Notes: generated by a model not told the origin, from the sequence alone. Positions 41,485 to 51,666 are shown, counted from the first letter of the stretch. The stretch is DNA of 64,000 nt from an uncultured Pseudomonadota bacterium (GCA_963843375.1 CAWJKT010000011.1:409393-473392); one strand, 5' to 3'. Translations and numbers: made by a program.

Positions 41485-42519
41485 CTAACCGGTTGTGCCA
41501 TTTCCCCAGGGATTAAAGTCCATCCCCTCAGAAAGGTCGGGTTTCTTGCCCGATTGGAAAGCCTCGATCATTAAGTCTTCGTAGCGCTCTTCTTCAACCT
41601 TTTTCGTCTTGCCCGTTTGTTCCATCCAGGTGAATTGGCGCCTCCAGGTTTCCACCAGGGGCACCGTGGTCTTGAATCCCAAATCCCGTTTGGCCTTGGA
41701 GTTGTCGAAGATGGAAGGATATTGATAGATATATTTGATGCCGATGGCGCGGCGTGGGGTTTGGGTGTAAAGCCAGTCGGTGGGGATGTGAACGGGGTTG
41801 AATTTACCGCCGACGGCCTTGGCCATTTCTCCATAAACGCCGTCCCAAGTTGTGTGCTCGTCGCTGGTCACATGGTAGGCCTGGCCATAAGCCTTGGGGT
41901 TCAAAAGGGAATTCACGAAAGCCCGGCCTACGTCAGAAACATGCGCCACGGCCCAGGCGGCCTTGCCCTCATCCATAACAATGACCGGTAATCCTTGTTT
42001 CAGGCGGTTGGGAAGACTGTTGTTGAAAAGAAGGCCCGGATATTCGGCGCCTTCGCCCGTTGTATAGGAAGGGCGCAAGATGGTGGTGAATAGGCCTTCC
42101 TTGCCGTTGGCGTTGAGCAAGGTTGCTTCAATCTTGGATTTGTTCTTGCCATATTCGCCCACGGGTCGGTGGGGCTCGTCGTCGGTGGCGGGAAGCTTGG
42201 TCATGGGGCCGCCATAAACGCAGACAGTGGAACAAACCACCAAGTGCTTTGCCCGGCCTGTAAAGGCTCTCAACAGGGAATCAGCGTTCTCGGGAGCGAA
42301 GGCCACCATATCGATGACAACGTCCACCTCAATATCTTTCATTTGGTTTTCGAAAGCGGGATAGTCCCAGCGGGTACCTTTGATTTCCTTGACGGATTTT
42401 GGGATACGCCAGGGGGTTACCCCCCGGTTATAGACCGTTACTTCATCGCCCCGTTCTACCAACTGATTGACGATGGCCGTGGAAATTAGGCCCGTGCCGC
42501 CGATTAAAAGTACTTTCAT
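41485..42519 (-). CDS. NAD-dependent epimerase/dehydratase
   Basis: IGGTGLIS; YGKNK. Confidence 0.9.
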   Translation of the reverse strand: MKVLLIGGTGLISTAIVNQLVERGDEVTVYNRGVTPWRIPKSVKEIKGTRWDYPAFENQMKDIEVDVVIDMVAFAPENADSLLRAFTGRAKHLVVCSTVCVYGGPMTKLPATDDEPHRPVGEYGKNKSKIEATLLNANGKEGLFTTILRPSYTTGEGAEYPGLLFNNSLPNRLKQGLPVIVMDEGKAAWAVAHVSDVGRAFVNSLLNPKAYGQAYHVTSDEHTTWDGVYGEMAKAVGGKFNPVHIPTDWLYTQTPRRAIGIKYIYQYPSIFDNSKAKRDLGFKTTVPLVETWRRQFTWMEQTGKTKKVEEERYEDLMIEAFQSGKKPDLSEGMDFNPWGNGTTG

Positions 42520-42810
42520 GAATTTCCTCCGGCGGCCATTTTAGACCGAGCGAGGGTTCCTTTGGGAGAAACATTCTCGGGGAAGTCGCCGGTAGGGGAA
42601 AGCGAGTCATGACTAGTTGGAAAAAATAGGGAAAGTTTTAATTTCACCACGAACAGGATCAGGGACGAGGGCGCTAGGTTCCATGACTGGTGTTCGGGAA
42701 ACGTTTTGAAACTTCAAGTAAAATACCATTTTCAAGATGAACGGGACTTGAAGTCCAAGTCCCTGCAAGGCAATAATACCCCCAGCTTCGGCCCGCTTTA
42801 AGGAACAACC

Positions 42811-43344
42811 ATGCAGCATATCTCAGTGACCGCTTCGGCCCACCCCCAACACAAAGACATCACCCTGATCTCGGTCAAAGGCTTCATCGACACTAACACT
42901 GCGCCGGAATTCGAAAAAACTTTCCAAACGGTTTTAGGCCAACAAAAATTCAACCTGATCATCGACCTCAAAGAAGCCAGCTACATCAGCAGCGCGGGTT
43001 GGGGTATTTTTGTCGGCGAGATCAAACGGATCCGGACCCAAAAAGGTGACCTCTTTCTTGTCTCAATGAACCCTGCGGTTACGGAAGCCTACGAACTCCT
43101 GCAATTCAGCACCATTTTAAAATCATTCCTGGACGTGGAGCAGGCCGTCCAAAAGGGGTTTAAAAGAACCCGGGCGGCCAAGGGACTTAAGACACCCGTG
43201 GTGAAAAACCAAGCGAATTCTGAGGACGTCTTGAGCATCAAGATCGATAAGTCGGAAATGAGTCTTGAGGAACCATCCATGGACAACGGTATGAAGAAAA
43301 CCCACTGGTATTTTCGAATCCTGCAACCCTGGAAATGGTTTTAG
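42811..43344 (+). CDS. STAS-domain protein with C-terminal extension
   Basis: GFIDTNTA...YISSAGWG. Confidence 0.88.
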   Translation: MQHISVTASAHPQHKDITLISVKGFIDTNTAPEFEKTFQTVLGQQKFNLIIDLKEASYISSAGWGIFVGEIKRIRTQKGDLFLVSMNPAVTEAYELLQFSTILKSFLDVEQAVQKGFKRTRAAKGLKTPVVKNQANSEDVLSIKIDKSEMSLEEPSMDNGMKKTHWYFRILQPWKWF

Positions 43345-43395
43345 ACCAAGAGGTCGTTTTGGGGACTTATTTATCAACCTGTTAAAGAAGGGCTT

Positions 43396-44352
43396 ATGGC
43401 TTTGTTTAACCCCCTCTCATCCCTGTTCGGAAAAGACTCCGGTTATTCGGCCGAATACAAAAGGTTTGAAAAGGCCATGGAGCGCAATCCCGAAGACCAG
43501 GGCCTGAAAACCCAATTCATCAAATTCTGCCTGCTGAACCGTTTTACAAAGCATGAAATCATCGTTGACCATATCGTCGAAGCCTTGCGGCTGTTTGAAG
43601 CCGTCGAAAACGCGGAGGTGTTCGATCTTCAATGCCATTACCTGGTCGGGAAATATTACCAAGAAGACAAAGATTTCCGTAAGGCCTACCAGATTTACCT
43701 CAATGCCATCAAACGTTTCAATCAGCAAGTCGCGAAAAAACCCGATCTCAAGTTTGAAAATTCGGAATTAGCTTATTCCATCGCGTTGAACTTGATGACC
43801 CTTCAGTCGAATCCGATCGATCCGGAAGTGGAAAAGTGCTTTAAGAACATCCGTAAATCCTACCCCCTTCACGTCAAACGCATTGAATTGGAGAATGAAA
43901 TGGCCAAGCCTGCGCCCGACCAGGTGCGTCTTCATCAATTGACCGAGGAAGTCCGCAAACTCAAATCCGAGGACGAAAAAGAAACCGCGGCGAACAAGAA
44001 TGAAACACCTGTGAAAAGTCCCGCCTCCCCATCGGTTGAAAAAGAGGATATTTTCTCCAAACTTTTCAGGGTCCCCACCCCCTTTTCCAAAGAATGGGTC
44101 AACCAACCTCCCAAAATAACGGCCTCAAAAGAGGAAAAAAATGATTTCTTCAAGCTTTCCCCGATTTCCGAGTTTTCCGAACCCAGTTCTTCCTTTATGG
44201 TTTTTCGAAATAACAATTGGGAAGGCCCCTATAACCTTCCGCAACTGCGCTCGATAGGGCGTTTGGAACACGCCACTTGGGTTTGCAGGGTGGGGAGCCA
44301 GTTGGTGACCCAGGCTTATGAAGTGCCAGACCTTCATTCCGTCATCCAGTAA
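43396..44352 (+). CDS. helical-repeat protein with C-terminal GYF_2-like domain
   Basis: TPR-like N-terminus; NNWEGPYNLPQL...TWVCRVG...AYEVPDL. Confidence 0.65.
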   Translation: MALFNPLSSLFGKDSGYSAEYKRFEKAMERNPEDQGLKTQFIKFCLLNRFTKHEIIVDHIVEALRLFEAVENAEVFDLQCHYLVGKYYQEDKDFRKAYQIYLNAIKRFNQQVAKKPDLKFENSELAYSIALNLMTLQSNPIDPEVEKCFKNIRKSYPLHVKRIELENEMAKPAPDQVRLHQLTEEVRKLKSEDEKETAANKNETPVKSPASPSVEKEDIFSKLFRVPTPFSKEWVNQPPKITASKEEKNDFFKLSPISEFSEPSSSFMVFRNNNWEGPYNLPQLRSIGRLEHATWVCRVGSQLVTQAYEVPDLHSVIQ

Positions 44353-44362
44353 CCCATCAAAT

Positions 44363-44965
44363 TTAGATTTCTCTTCGTCCCTCGAGAGCCTTAAGGAGAG
44401 TTGTTTCGTCCGCGTACTCAACATCCCCGCCGGAGGGCATACCTCGCGCCAAGCGGGTCACTTTGATAGGGACTCCTTTCAAGAGTTGCTGGATATAGAG
44501 ACCTGTTGAATCCCCCTCGACGGTGGGATCGGTGGCCACGATGATTTCTTTAAAAGTTCCGTCCTTTTTCACCCGCGCCACCAAGGAATCCAAGGTCAAG
44601 TCCTGGGGGCCGCGTCCTTCCAGGGGCGACAAGGTTCCGCCTAAAACATGGTAAAGTCCGTGGTACTCGTGGGTGCGCTCGAAAGCCACCACGTCGCTGG
44701 GGTCCTCCACCACGAGAAGGCACGTTTTATCACGGGTCATCATCCGGCAAATGTGACAAAGGGTCTCCTCCGTCAGGTTGAAACAATCTTTACAGGGGTG
44801 AAGTTTGGTGCGGGCGTCGACAAGGGCGGTCGAAAGGGCTTTAGAAGTGTCCAACGGTTGTTTCAATAAATGAAAGGCCAAGCGTTGGGCCATGCGGGGC
44901 CCGATGCCGGGAAGTTTTGACAACTCGTGCAGAAGGCGTTCAAGGGAGGGGGGGTAATCGGCCAT
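44363..44965 (-). CDS. recR: recombination protein RecR
   Basis: LPGIGPR, C4 zinc finger, YHVLGG, TVEGDST. Confidence 0.97.
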   Translation of the reverse strand: MADYPPSLERLLHELSKLPGIGPRMAQRLAFHLLKQPLDTSKALSTALVDARTKLHPCKDCFNLTEETLCHICRMMTRDKTCLLVVEDPSDVVAFERTHEYHGLYHVLGGTLSPLEGRGPQDLTLDSLVARVKKDGTFKEIIVATDPTVEGDSTGLYIQQLLKGVPIKVTRLARGMPSGGDVEYADETTLLKALEGRREI

Positions 44966-44968
44966 TCT

Positions 44969-45277
44969 TTAAAACATTCCAGGAAGACCAAGGCCCCCCG
45001 TCATCTTGGAAACTTCTTCCTTCAACCGGGTGTTCACTTGTTGGCCCGCCTCGTTGGTGGCGGATTGAACGAGGTTCTGCAGTATTTCCACGTCGCCGGA
45101 TGCCGCTTTTGGGTCAATAACCACTTTTTGAACTTGGTGTTTACCGTTCATCGTCACCGAAACGGCGCCGCCCCCGGCCGTGCCGGTGAAGGATTGGCTT
45201 TCCAATTCCTTTTGGAACTGGTTCATTTTTTCCTTCAGGCCCTGGGCCTGGCGAAGCATGTCGAACATGTTTGTCAT
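44969..45277 (-). CDS. ybaB: YbaB/EbfC nucleoid-associated protein
   Basis: GTAGGGAVSVTMNG; lies between dnaX and recR. Confidence 0.95.
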   Translation of the reverse strand: MTNMFDMLRQAQGLKEKMNQFQKELESQSFTGTAGGGAVSVTMNGKHQVQKVVIDPKAASGDVEILQNLVQSATNEAGQQVNTRLKEEVSKMTGGLGLPGMF

Positions 45278-45317
45278 TTTTGACTCCAGCCCTAATCCAT
45301 AGTCGGTCGGCTAACGG

Positions 45318-47030
45318 CTATTTTTTAGGATTATTTCTTTTCACATCCACTATTTTAGCGCCAAACATTTTGAGGGCGGCAGCGACAATCGGTTCTTCTT
45401 TTTCCAATGTCTCGACATCGATCTTGGGCGCGGAAAGAGGCTTGGGAGCGCGCAAAACCGAAGGTTTATCTGCAGCCGGGGTGGAAGCCTCGGGAAGGAC
45501 GGGAACAAGGTTGATTTTGTGGCCCAAAAGTTCTTCTAAAAGTTTTTCCACCAGCATCTTGTTTTCCAGTTTGGACAATTGCTCGTGGTGGAAAGGTCCT
45601 TTACAGACCAAGATCAAAGTTCCTTCATCAAAATGTTTGGGATGGGTGTCGACCAAGACGCCTTGTAAGGCTTTTTTTTGGGTTCCGACCTTTTCCAAAA
45701 GTTCGGTCCATTGGGACTTGAGCTTGGCCATTTCAGGGTTTTTTTCGGCATCCACCGGATCCTCGATTTCATCGACCGCTAGGACCGGCTCGCCAACCGG
45801 GGGCGGGGACGGCTTGGAGGAAATGGGAGCGGGGCTTTCGGCGGCCATCATTTTTGAAGGGATGGGGAGCGGTTTAGTTGGAGCGGAAGGAACAGACCCG
45901 CCTTCAAGCTGTTTGAGCAAGTCTCCCACGGAAGTGAGTTGTTTTAACCGGCAAAGCTCCAGAACCAGGGTTTCCAGGATGATCTGAGGATTGGCGGAGT
46001 GGCGTACCGCCCATTCCTGCTCAATGAGCAGCCGCAGGGACGAGAGAATTTGGGCTTCCTCCATTTGTGAGGAATACTGGACCAGTTTTTGGACTTCATC
46101 GGCGGCCAAGGGAATCAGCGAAGGTGACGAGGAAGGGTAGGCCTTTGCCACGGCCAAGTGCCGGAAGGTTTCCAAGAGTCCCCCGTAGAAATGCTCCATG
46201 TCCTTTCCCCCGTCAATGACGCTTCTGACGACGGTCAGGGCTGACGGGCTGTCCTGATGAACGACCGCTTCTACCAAGTTCAAATAAACTTCGCCTTCGA
46301 TAGTGCCTAGAACAACGCGGATATCTTCGAGGGTGATTTTCTTTCCGGAGAAGGCCACCAACTGGTCCAGGTTCCTTTGGGCGTCCCGCATGGAGCCGCC
46401 CCCGGATCGGGCGATTTGGTAAAGGGCCTTGTCGTCAATCTCGATTTTTTCGGCGTCGGAAATACGCCTTAACTGTTTTAAAAGGGTTTCCAAGCCCATG
46501 GAGCGGAACTCAAAACGCTGACAGCGGGATTGCACGGTGGCGGGGAAGGCATGAATATCGGTGGAAGCCAGTATGAAAATGACATGGGCTGGAGGCTCTT
46601 CAAGGGTTTTCAAGAAGGCATCGAAGGCGGCTTTGGAGATGCGGTGGGCTTCGTCAAAAATATAGACTTTGTACTTAGTCTTGGCCGGGGCGTTGCCCAC
46701 CCTTTGCTGAAGATCCCGAATGTCGTCGATGCCGTTGACGGATGCCGCGTCGATCTCAATGACGTCCAACGAGGACCCGTTGTTGACTTCCTCGCAAATG
46801 TCGCAAGTGTTGCAAGGTTCTGTATCCTTTAGGTTGCGGCAATTGAGGGCCTTGGCGAAGATGCGGGCGGTAGTGGTTTTACCCACACCCCGGGGGCCCG
46901 AAAAAATATAGGCGTGGGCTAACCGCTCGGCCCGAATGGCGTTCTGAAGGGTACGGGTGATATGTTCCTGCCCTACCATGTCGGCGAAAACCTGGGGACG
47001 CCATTTGAGGGCCATGACCTGGGGGGACAT
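45318..47030 (-). CDS. dnaX: DNA polymerase III gamma/tau
   Basis: KWRPQ.F, GPRGVGKTT, EIDAAS, DEAH, KTLEEPP, SRC. Confidence 0.97.
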   Translation of the reverse strand: MSPQVMALKWRPQVFADMVGQEHITRTLQNAIRAERLAHAYIFSGPRGVGKTTTARIFAKALNCRNLKDTEPCNTCDICEEVNNGSSLDVIEIDAASVNGIDDIRDLQQRVGNAPAKTKYKVYIFDEAHRISKAAFDAFLKTLEEPPAHVIFILASTDIHAFPATVQSRCQRFEFRSMGLETLLKQLRRISDAEKIEIDDKALYQIARSGGGSMRDAQRNLDQLVAFSGKKITLEDIRVVLGTIEGEVYLNLVEAVVHQDSPSALTVVRSVIDGGKDMEHFYGGLLETFRHLAVAKAYPSSSPSLIPLAADEVQKLVQYSSQMEEAQILSSLRLLIEQEWAVRHSANPQIILETLVLELCRLKQLTSVGDLLKQLEGGSVPSAPTKPLPIPSKMMAAESPAPISSKPSPPPVGEPVLAVDEIEDPVDAEKNPEMAKLKSQWTELLEKVGTQKKALQGVLVDTHPKHFDEGTLILVCKGPFHHEQLSKLENKMLVEKLLEELLGHKINLVPVLPEASTPAADKPSVLRAPKPLSAPKIDVETLEKEEPIVAAALKMFGAKIVDVKRNNPKK

Positions 47031-47093
47031 AAGTTTCCTTAGGAAAAATTTAATTTAAGAATCCGCCGTTTGAGGCGTGGTTCACTCCTTCGT

Positions 47094-47194
47094 GGGAGCC
47101 AGGTTGCCTACAACACCCGAACATCGACCTGACCGTTGCTTCCTTCCGGACCTGGCGGAGTTGGGGCCGCATCGCCGTATAGGACCCGACTCCC
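47094..47194 (-). ncRNA. ffs: SRP RNA (small type)
   Basis: Domain IV motif CAGGTCCGGAAGGAAGCA on the minus strand; long hairpin; upstream of dnaX. Confidence 0.93.
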
Positions 47195-47265
47195 ACGAAG
47201 GAGTGAGTTGACTATCTTAATCGAAAACGAGGAACCTTTTCCATGCCGGCGGGGGAAAGAAATAA

Positions 47266-47356
47266 TGGCGGAGAGAAAGGGATTCGAACCCTTGAGACCC
47301 TTTTGGAGCCTACACGCTTTCCAGGCGTGCGCCTTCGACCGCTCGGCCATCTCTCC
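47266..47356 (-). tRNA. tRNA-Ser(GGA)
   Basis: GGAGAGATGGCCGAG...CTGGAAA, long variable arm, ...CTCTCCGCCA. Confidence 0.97.
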
Positions 47357-47408
47357 ACGTCAAAAAAACAAAGGCGAGGCAAGCCTCGCCGGTAATGATA
47401 AGAAATAT

Positions 47409-47484
47409 TGGTGGAGATGAGCGGGATCGAACCGCTGACCTTCTCGTTGCGAACGAGACGCTCTCCCAACTGAGCTACATCCCC
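47409..47484 (-). tRNA. tRNA-Ala(CGC)
   Basis: GGGGATGTAGCTCAG...TTCGCAA...ATCTCCACCA; G3:U70. Confidence 0.96.
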
Positions 47485-47493
47485 ACATCACCC

Positions 47494-47928
47494 TCAAACC
47501 CTGCGGACTTCCTTGAAAAACTCGCTCAAAATCCGCGAACTTTCTTCCTTTAATATACCGCCAGTCACTTTGACCCGGTGATTCAATTTCGGGTTCTCCA
47601 ATACCCGGGCCGTGCTTTCCACTGCTCCCGCTTTGGGATCGGTTGTTCCGTAAACGAGGTTTCGTATTCTCGACAGCACCATGGCACCGCCGCACATGGT
47701 GCAAGGCTCCAGGGTCACATATAAATCGCAGTCATTCAGCCGCCAGCTTTTGAGCTTGTGGGTGGCCTTATTCAGCGCCATCATTTCGGCGTGCGTTAAG
47801 GCGCTTTGCTTGGATTCGGTCAGGTTATGCCCCCGCCCGATCACTTTATTTTCCAAAACGACTACCGCACCCACCGGAACCTCGCCTTTTCGGGCGGCTT
47901 TCCGGGCTTCCTTCAATGCCAATCGCAT
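47494..47928 (-). CDS. tadA: tRNA adenosine(34) deaminase
   Basis: EVPVGA, HAE, TLEPCTMC, DPKAGA; start may be slightly upstream. Confidence 0.95.
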   Translation of the reverse strand: MRLALKEARKAARKGEVPVGAVVVLENKVIGRGHNLTESKQSALTHAEMMALNKATHKLKSWRLNDCDLYVTLEPCTMCGGAMVLSRIRNLVYGTTDPKAGAVESTARVLENPKLNHRVKVTGGILKEESSRILSEFFKEVRRV

Positions 47929-48035
47929 GAAGTGTTCATGGGAATAATTCAGGTTTTACCTCAATCGAATTGGTACTACGCCATCTTCCTTGTGTTTATT
48001 GGCCAACAAAGTTTGTTATGGAATCAAAAATAAGA

Positions 48036-48112
48036 TGGTGCGCCTGGAGGGATTTGAACCCCCAACCCTCTGATCCGTAGTCAGATACTCTATCCAGTTG
48101 AGCTACAGGCGC
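48036..48112 (-). tRNA. tRNA-Arg(ACG)
   Basis: GCGCCTGTAGCTCAACTGGATAGAG...CTACGGA...CAGGCGCACCA. Confidence 0.97.
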
Positions 48113-48733
48113 AGTTACAAAAAATCCTTCTATTGTAATGTTTTAAACCTAGGGGCGGCCCCCTAGGACGGATGATTTTCTACAAGTGTCATATCCGTGT
48201 CAATCAAACTTTCGACCTTTTGGATAGCCTCTTGCCGGTCCTTGCGGTCGATTCGGTAATATCTATCACGATTTCCTACATGTGGTGGGCAAGAACCACC
48301 TTGGCCTGGGCTAAAGGAAGCAGGCCTAAATGTATCCTATTGCGCTTCTTAATCCTCCTTCCTGGACTACTTCGTCCTGGAAATAACCTCCGGCATCTTT
48401 TCTCAGAAGCCCAACCCATGAACATTAGGCCATACAACCTTCCCAATGCCAGCATCCCGCATTTTATCAGCCCCGAATGGGGGAAAGGGAAGGGGTTTTT
48501 GGAAAACTTTCAAGAAAATCGAATATCATTCCCTAGGATAACGTCCTAATCTTCACAAAAGGCAATTGTCCGGTTAGTCTTCAATGGAGAACGGTTCTAA
48601 CCGACACTTCAACCATTTTGGTTACTTGGTTGTCCGAAATTAAATAGTCCTGATTCTGCTCCCGCGGTTACCTCCTTAGGGTTCCGTTAAGGTCTCCTCC
48701 AAGGATCATGGGTTCCATTGCCTTTATCGATAA

Positions 48734-49570
48734 TCAGAAGGACCTAATCTCCGGAAGTTGTTTGTACAGCATCTTGAATATCGTTGCCGAAATTTCTCTT
48801 ACTATCTTGCCCGTCTTAAAGTCACTGCACTCGATAGTTTTCTTCTCTTGATTCGTCCAGAGAAGCCATTTGCCCTTGTTCCCTAAAGCTAAAAACCGCA
48901 CTGGTCCATTTCTTTCCCAAACTTTATCCCCCTTTTCGTTTACTAAGCTATAGGTCGACCCATAGGGGCCTGTTCCCTTGTCCCAAAACAAAAGGTCTTT
49001 CCCGTCCCCGGACAGAGCAACCCCTCGACAACCTATTCCTGTGTTATATTTTTTTGTTGTCTTGTGTTTTAAGTCGTAAACCATTGTCAAAACGGGTCTA
49101 GAGGTTCTAATTGCCGGAGTTTCAAAGGCGATAAAATTCCCCTCGAATGAAACAGTCAGTGGAACGACATTTTTTTTATCCAATATCATGGCGCCCGTTT
49201 TCGTATAAACCCTAAGTTCCACAATAGGGCCTTCACCTAATTTCAAAAAAGACATTCCTGTATCCTGAATGACAACCGCATTCACCATTGGGTAGGGTTC
49301 AATGTGAGTCCACAGATTTTTAGATCCTTTTACAAAAATTGCCGATATTTTTTTGGGTTTAGTTTGGTCGGCTGGATATTCCGTTTGCATTTCCACGACA
49401 TATTGTGGGGTCGGGGTCTGTTTTTTAGTGGGAAAGGCAACGTCTGCATAACAAGTTTTCGGAAAAGACCAGGAGATGAGAAACCCAAAACCAGACAGGA
49501 AGAAGATGACCAGCTTCGGCTTGATCCGGAAACTTGTGGCATGTTCCATGGTACTCCGGAGGTTTACCAA
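48734..49570 (-). CDS. hypothetical exported protein, beta-propeller-like
   Basis: Signal/TM segment; VALSGDG-type motif; overlaps the end of the upstream gene. Confidence 0.6.
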   Translation of the reverse strand: MVNLRSTMEHATSFRIKPKLVIFFLSGFGFLISWSFPKTCYADVAFPTKKQTPTPQYVVEMQTEYPADQTKPKKISAIFVKGSKNLWTHIEPYPMVNAVVIQDTGMSFLKLGEGPIVELRVYTKTGAMILDKKNVVPLTVSFEGNFIAFETPAIRTSRPVLTMVYDLKHKTTKKYNTGIGCRGVALSGDGKDLLFWDKGTGPYGSTYSLVNEKGDKVWERNGPVRFLALGNKGKWLLWTNQEKKTIECSDFKTGKIVREISATIFKMLYKQLPEIRSF

Positions 49571-50250
49571 TTAATTTTAGGAATTGAGACCTTGTCGGCC
49601 ATCATCCGATAGAGAGTCCAATTCGACTCCTTTATTTGAGCTCCGACAGATAATGTGCCGAAGACCGTAATGGGAATATCCATGGTGGCATCGGCAGATT
49701 TACCTTTGTTCATTTCGACGTACATCCATTCGTTCATCCTGGGTGTGATCCCATAACAGCAGGTGGCCTGGCTGCGTGCCAGGATGAAGGAAGTTGTCTT
49801 ATCCCCGGCATCGTTCAATGCTAAAGGAATCATGAAGCCCACGACGGCAACACTGCCCCCATCCAGATGCCGCACGAAATCGGGAATGGTGAATTTTTCT
49901 TTTTTACGGCCGGAAGCGGGATGCGACTTCCCCAGATCCTCAATATCGGGAGTTTCGTAAGGGAAGTGCGCAAGGGTGGTCCAGGGAACCAGGGAATGGT
50001 TTTCCAGTAAGGTAAAAACTGTCACGGGTTCGCCCTCAAAATCCCGGGAAGCAGGGATCGGACAAACGGGATTGAATTGATTTTTTCCCGTCGCCCCGCC
50101 GGAGCCCGCCGAATGAACGGGGATAATGGGAAGGAGTGAAAGGGTCCCCAAGATCAATAAAAAAAGAAACCAAGTGCGGCTCCATCGGGGAACCCTTCCA
50201 ATTTGCTTTAGAGGCCGGACCTGAGATGTCTTCCGTAAATTAAAGTTCAC
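49564..50250 (-). CDS. DUF3299-like protein 3
   Basis: LDG..V.VVGFMIP...FILARSQATCCYG..P..NEW...G.L. Confidence 0.8.
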   Translation of the reverse strand: MNFNLRKTSQVRPLKQIGRVPRWSRTWFLFLLILGTLSLLPIIPVHSAGSGGATGKNQFNPVCPIPASRDFEGEPVTVFTLLENHSLVPWTTLAHFPYETPDIEDLGKSHPASGRKKEKFTIPDFVRHLDGGSVAVVGFMIPLALNDAGDKTTSFILARSQATCCYGITPRMNEWMYVEMNKGKSADATMDIPITVFGTLSVGAQIKESNWTLYRMMADKVSIPKINW

Positions 50251-50256
50251 TGTAAC

Positions 50257-50979
50257 TTAAAACCATCCCTTCTTTTTTGGGGCATCGACCTTGTCAACGA
50301 CGAGGCGGTATAGGGTTGGCATGCTCGGGTCGCTAAGAGCGCTGTCAATCGTCAAGGTTCCATAAACCGTCAGGGGTACATCCATTTGGTCCTCCACATT
50401 TTTAGCTGTTGAGGGGACAGTAGCATAAATCCAGTCGTTGGGCCGCGGAGTGGCCCCATAGCAACAGGTCATCTGGTTCTTGGCCAGAACAAAGGAAGAG
50501 ACGATAAATTTCTCATTCTCATCAACGGGAATCATAAAACCCGTCACCGCGATTTTATGTCCGTTATAAGCCAAGACATTCTCGGGAACCTTGCTCTTTT
50601 TTTTATTTTCCTCCGCCGTTCCTTTATCAATGTCATCTAAGGGGTCCCAAAAATAAAAGCCCGATAAAAGGTTGAACGAAAGAGCTTCATATTCGCCCGT
50701 GGCTTGAGGTGGTCCTGGCACATAAATAGTGGGGGAAGCCGAAAGCCCGGGGGATGCCCCGTTGAAACCTGATCTTTGCTGTGGCACAGCCCTGGAAAGG
50801 AAAAGTCTGCCCCAACCCGCCCCCTTTTTAAAGCCGTTGGTTTCAATGAGGAACACCGTCAAACCAAGCCAGAGGATAGTAATGACCACCAGCGACCAAG
50901 GCCAATGTTTCTTTGAAACGATCTCCTGATTTCTAAGTCCTGACGATTTTTCAAGCATTCGTCTTTCCTGTCTATTCAT
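50257..50979 (-). CDS. DUF3299-like protein 2
   Basis: YNGHKIAVTGFMIP...FVLAKNQMTCCYG..P.PNDW. Confidence 0.8.
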   Translation of the reverse strand: MNRQERRMLEKSSGLRNQEIVSKKHWPWSLVVITILWLGLTVFLIETNGFKKGAGWGRLFLSRAVPQQRSGFNGASPGLSASPTIYVPGPPQATGEYEALSFNLLSGFYFWDPLDDIDKGTAEENKKKSKVPENVLAYNGHKIAVTGFMIPVDENEKFIVSSFVLAKNQMTCCYGATPRPNDWIYATVPSTAKNVEDQMDVPLTVYGTLTIDSALSDPSMPTLYRLVVDKVDAPKKKGWF

Positions 50980-50988
50980 AAGCCCCCC

Positions 50989-51658
50989 TCATTGGAACCA
51001 AACCTTTTTCTTCCCGGCAACAATAACTTTTTCGCCCTTCATTCGGTAAAAACTCCAACCCGAATCCGGGTTATAAATCTCCCCGACTTCCAGGGTTCCC
51101 ACGACAACGACTGGACGGTCCATTTCCAATTCGGCTTTCTTACCCTTTTCCATCCGGACACTTACCCATTCGTTAAGGCCAGGCGCCACACCGAAGCAAC
51201 ATGTCATCTGGTTACGGGCCAAAATGAAATAGGTGCACTTGTCCCCCTCCTCATCCTGATCCATGGGAATCATGAAACCCGGAATGGCCACGGAGGTCCC
51301 ATTTAACCCCAAAACCGAATCGGGAATGCCCGGCTTCTTCCTTTTGGAATTTTTGGGAGTTTTTCGCGCCCCCGTCTTCATCCGGGTAATCGTAATTGAA
51401 ACAGGCCAGAAGGCTAAAATCGACCAAGGGCTTTCCGTCCAGATCTTCGGGTTTGACATGGACGATAGGATCTTTAAGTTGGCTCAGAGCCTGAATCTTG
51501 GCATCGTTTGCCGCCCCGGACCCTTCGGCAGAGGGAGCGCCATTTGCTTGAACAGAGTACTTGCGATAGTCCTGTGCGAAAAACGGTTTGCTAGAAAAAA
51601 AGAACAGAGTCCCAAGGGCCATCCCGTAGCCCAGCCCTTTTTTGAAGTCTAATTTCAT
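50989..51658 (-). CDS. DUF3299-like protein 1 (one frameshift near 51360)
   Basis: Signal peptide in one frame; LNG..V..PGFMIP...NQMTCCFG..P..NEW in another; shift lies at an A5 run. Confidence 0.75.
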
Positions 51659-51666
51659 AAAAACTC

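Noticed and set aside
45318..47030. Programmed frameshift in dnaX
   Set aside because: An A6 run occurs (~45673-45678), but I could not support a full slippery site with a stimulatory hairpin
47108..47704. ORFs over ffs and the tRNAs
   Set aside because: Explained by the RNA genes and tadA
48172..48549. 125-aa plus-strand ORF
   Set aside because: No recognisable motif or protein-like composition; probably a chance ORF in decayed DNA
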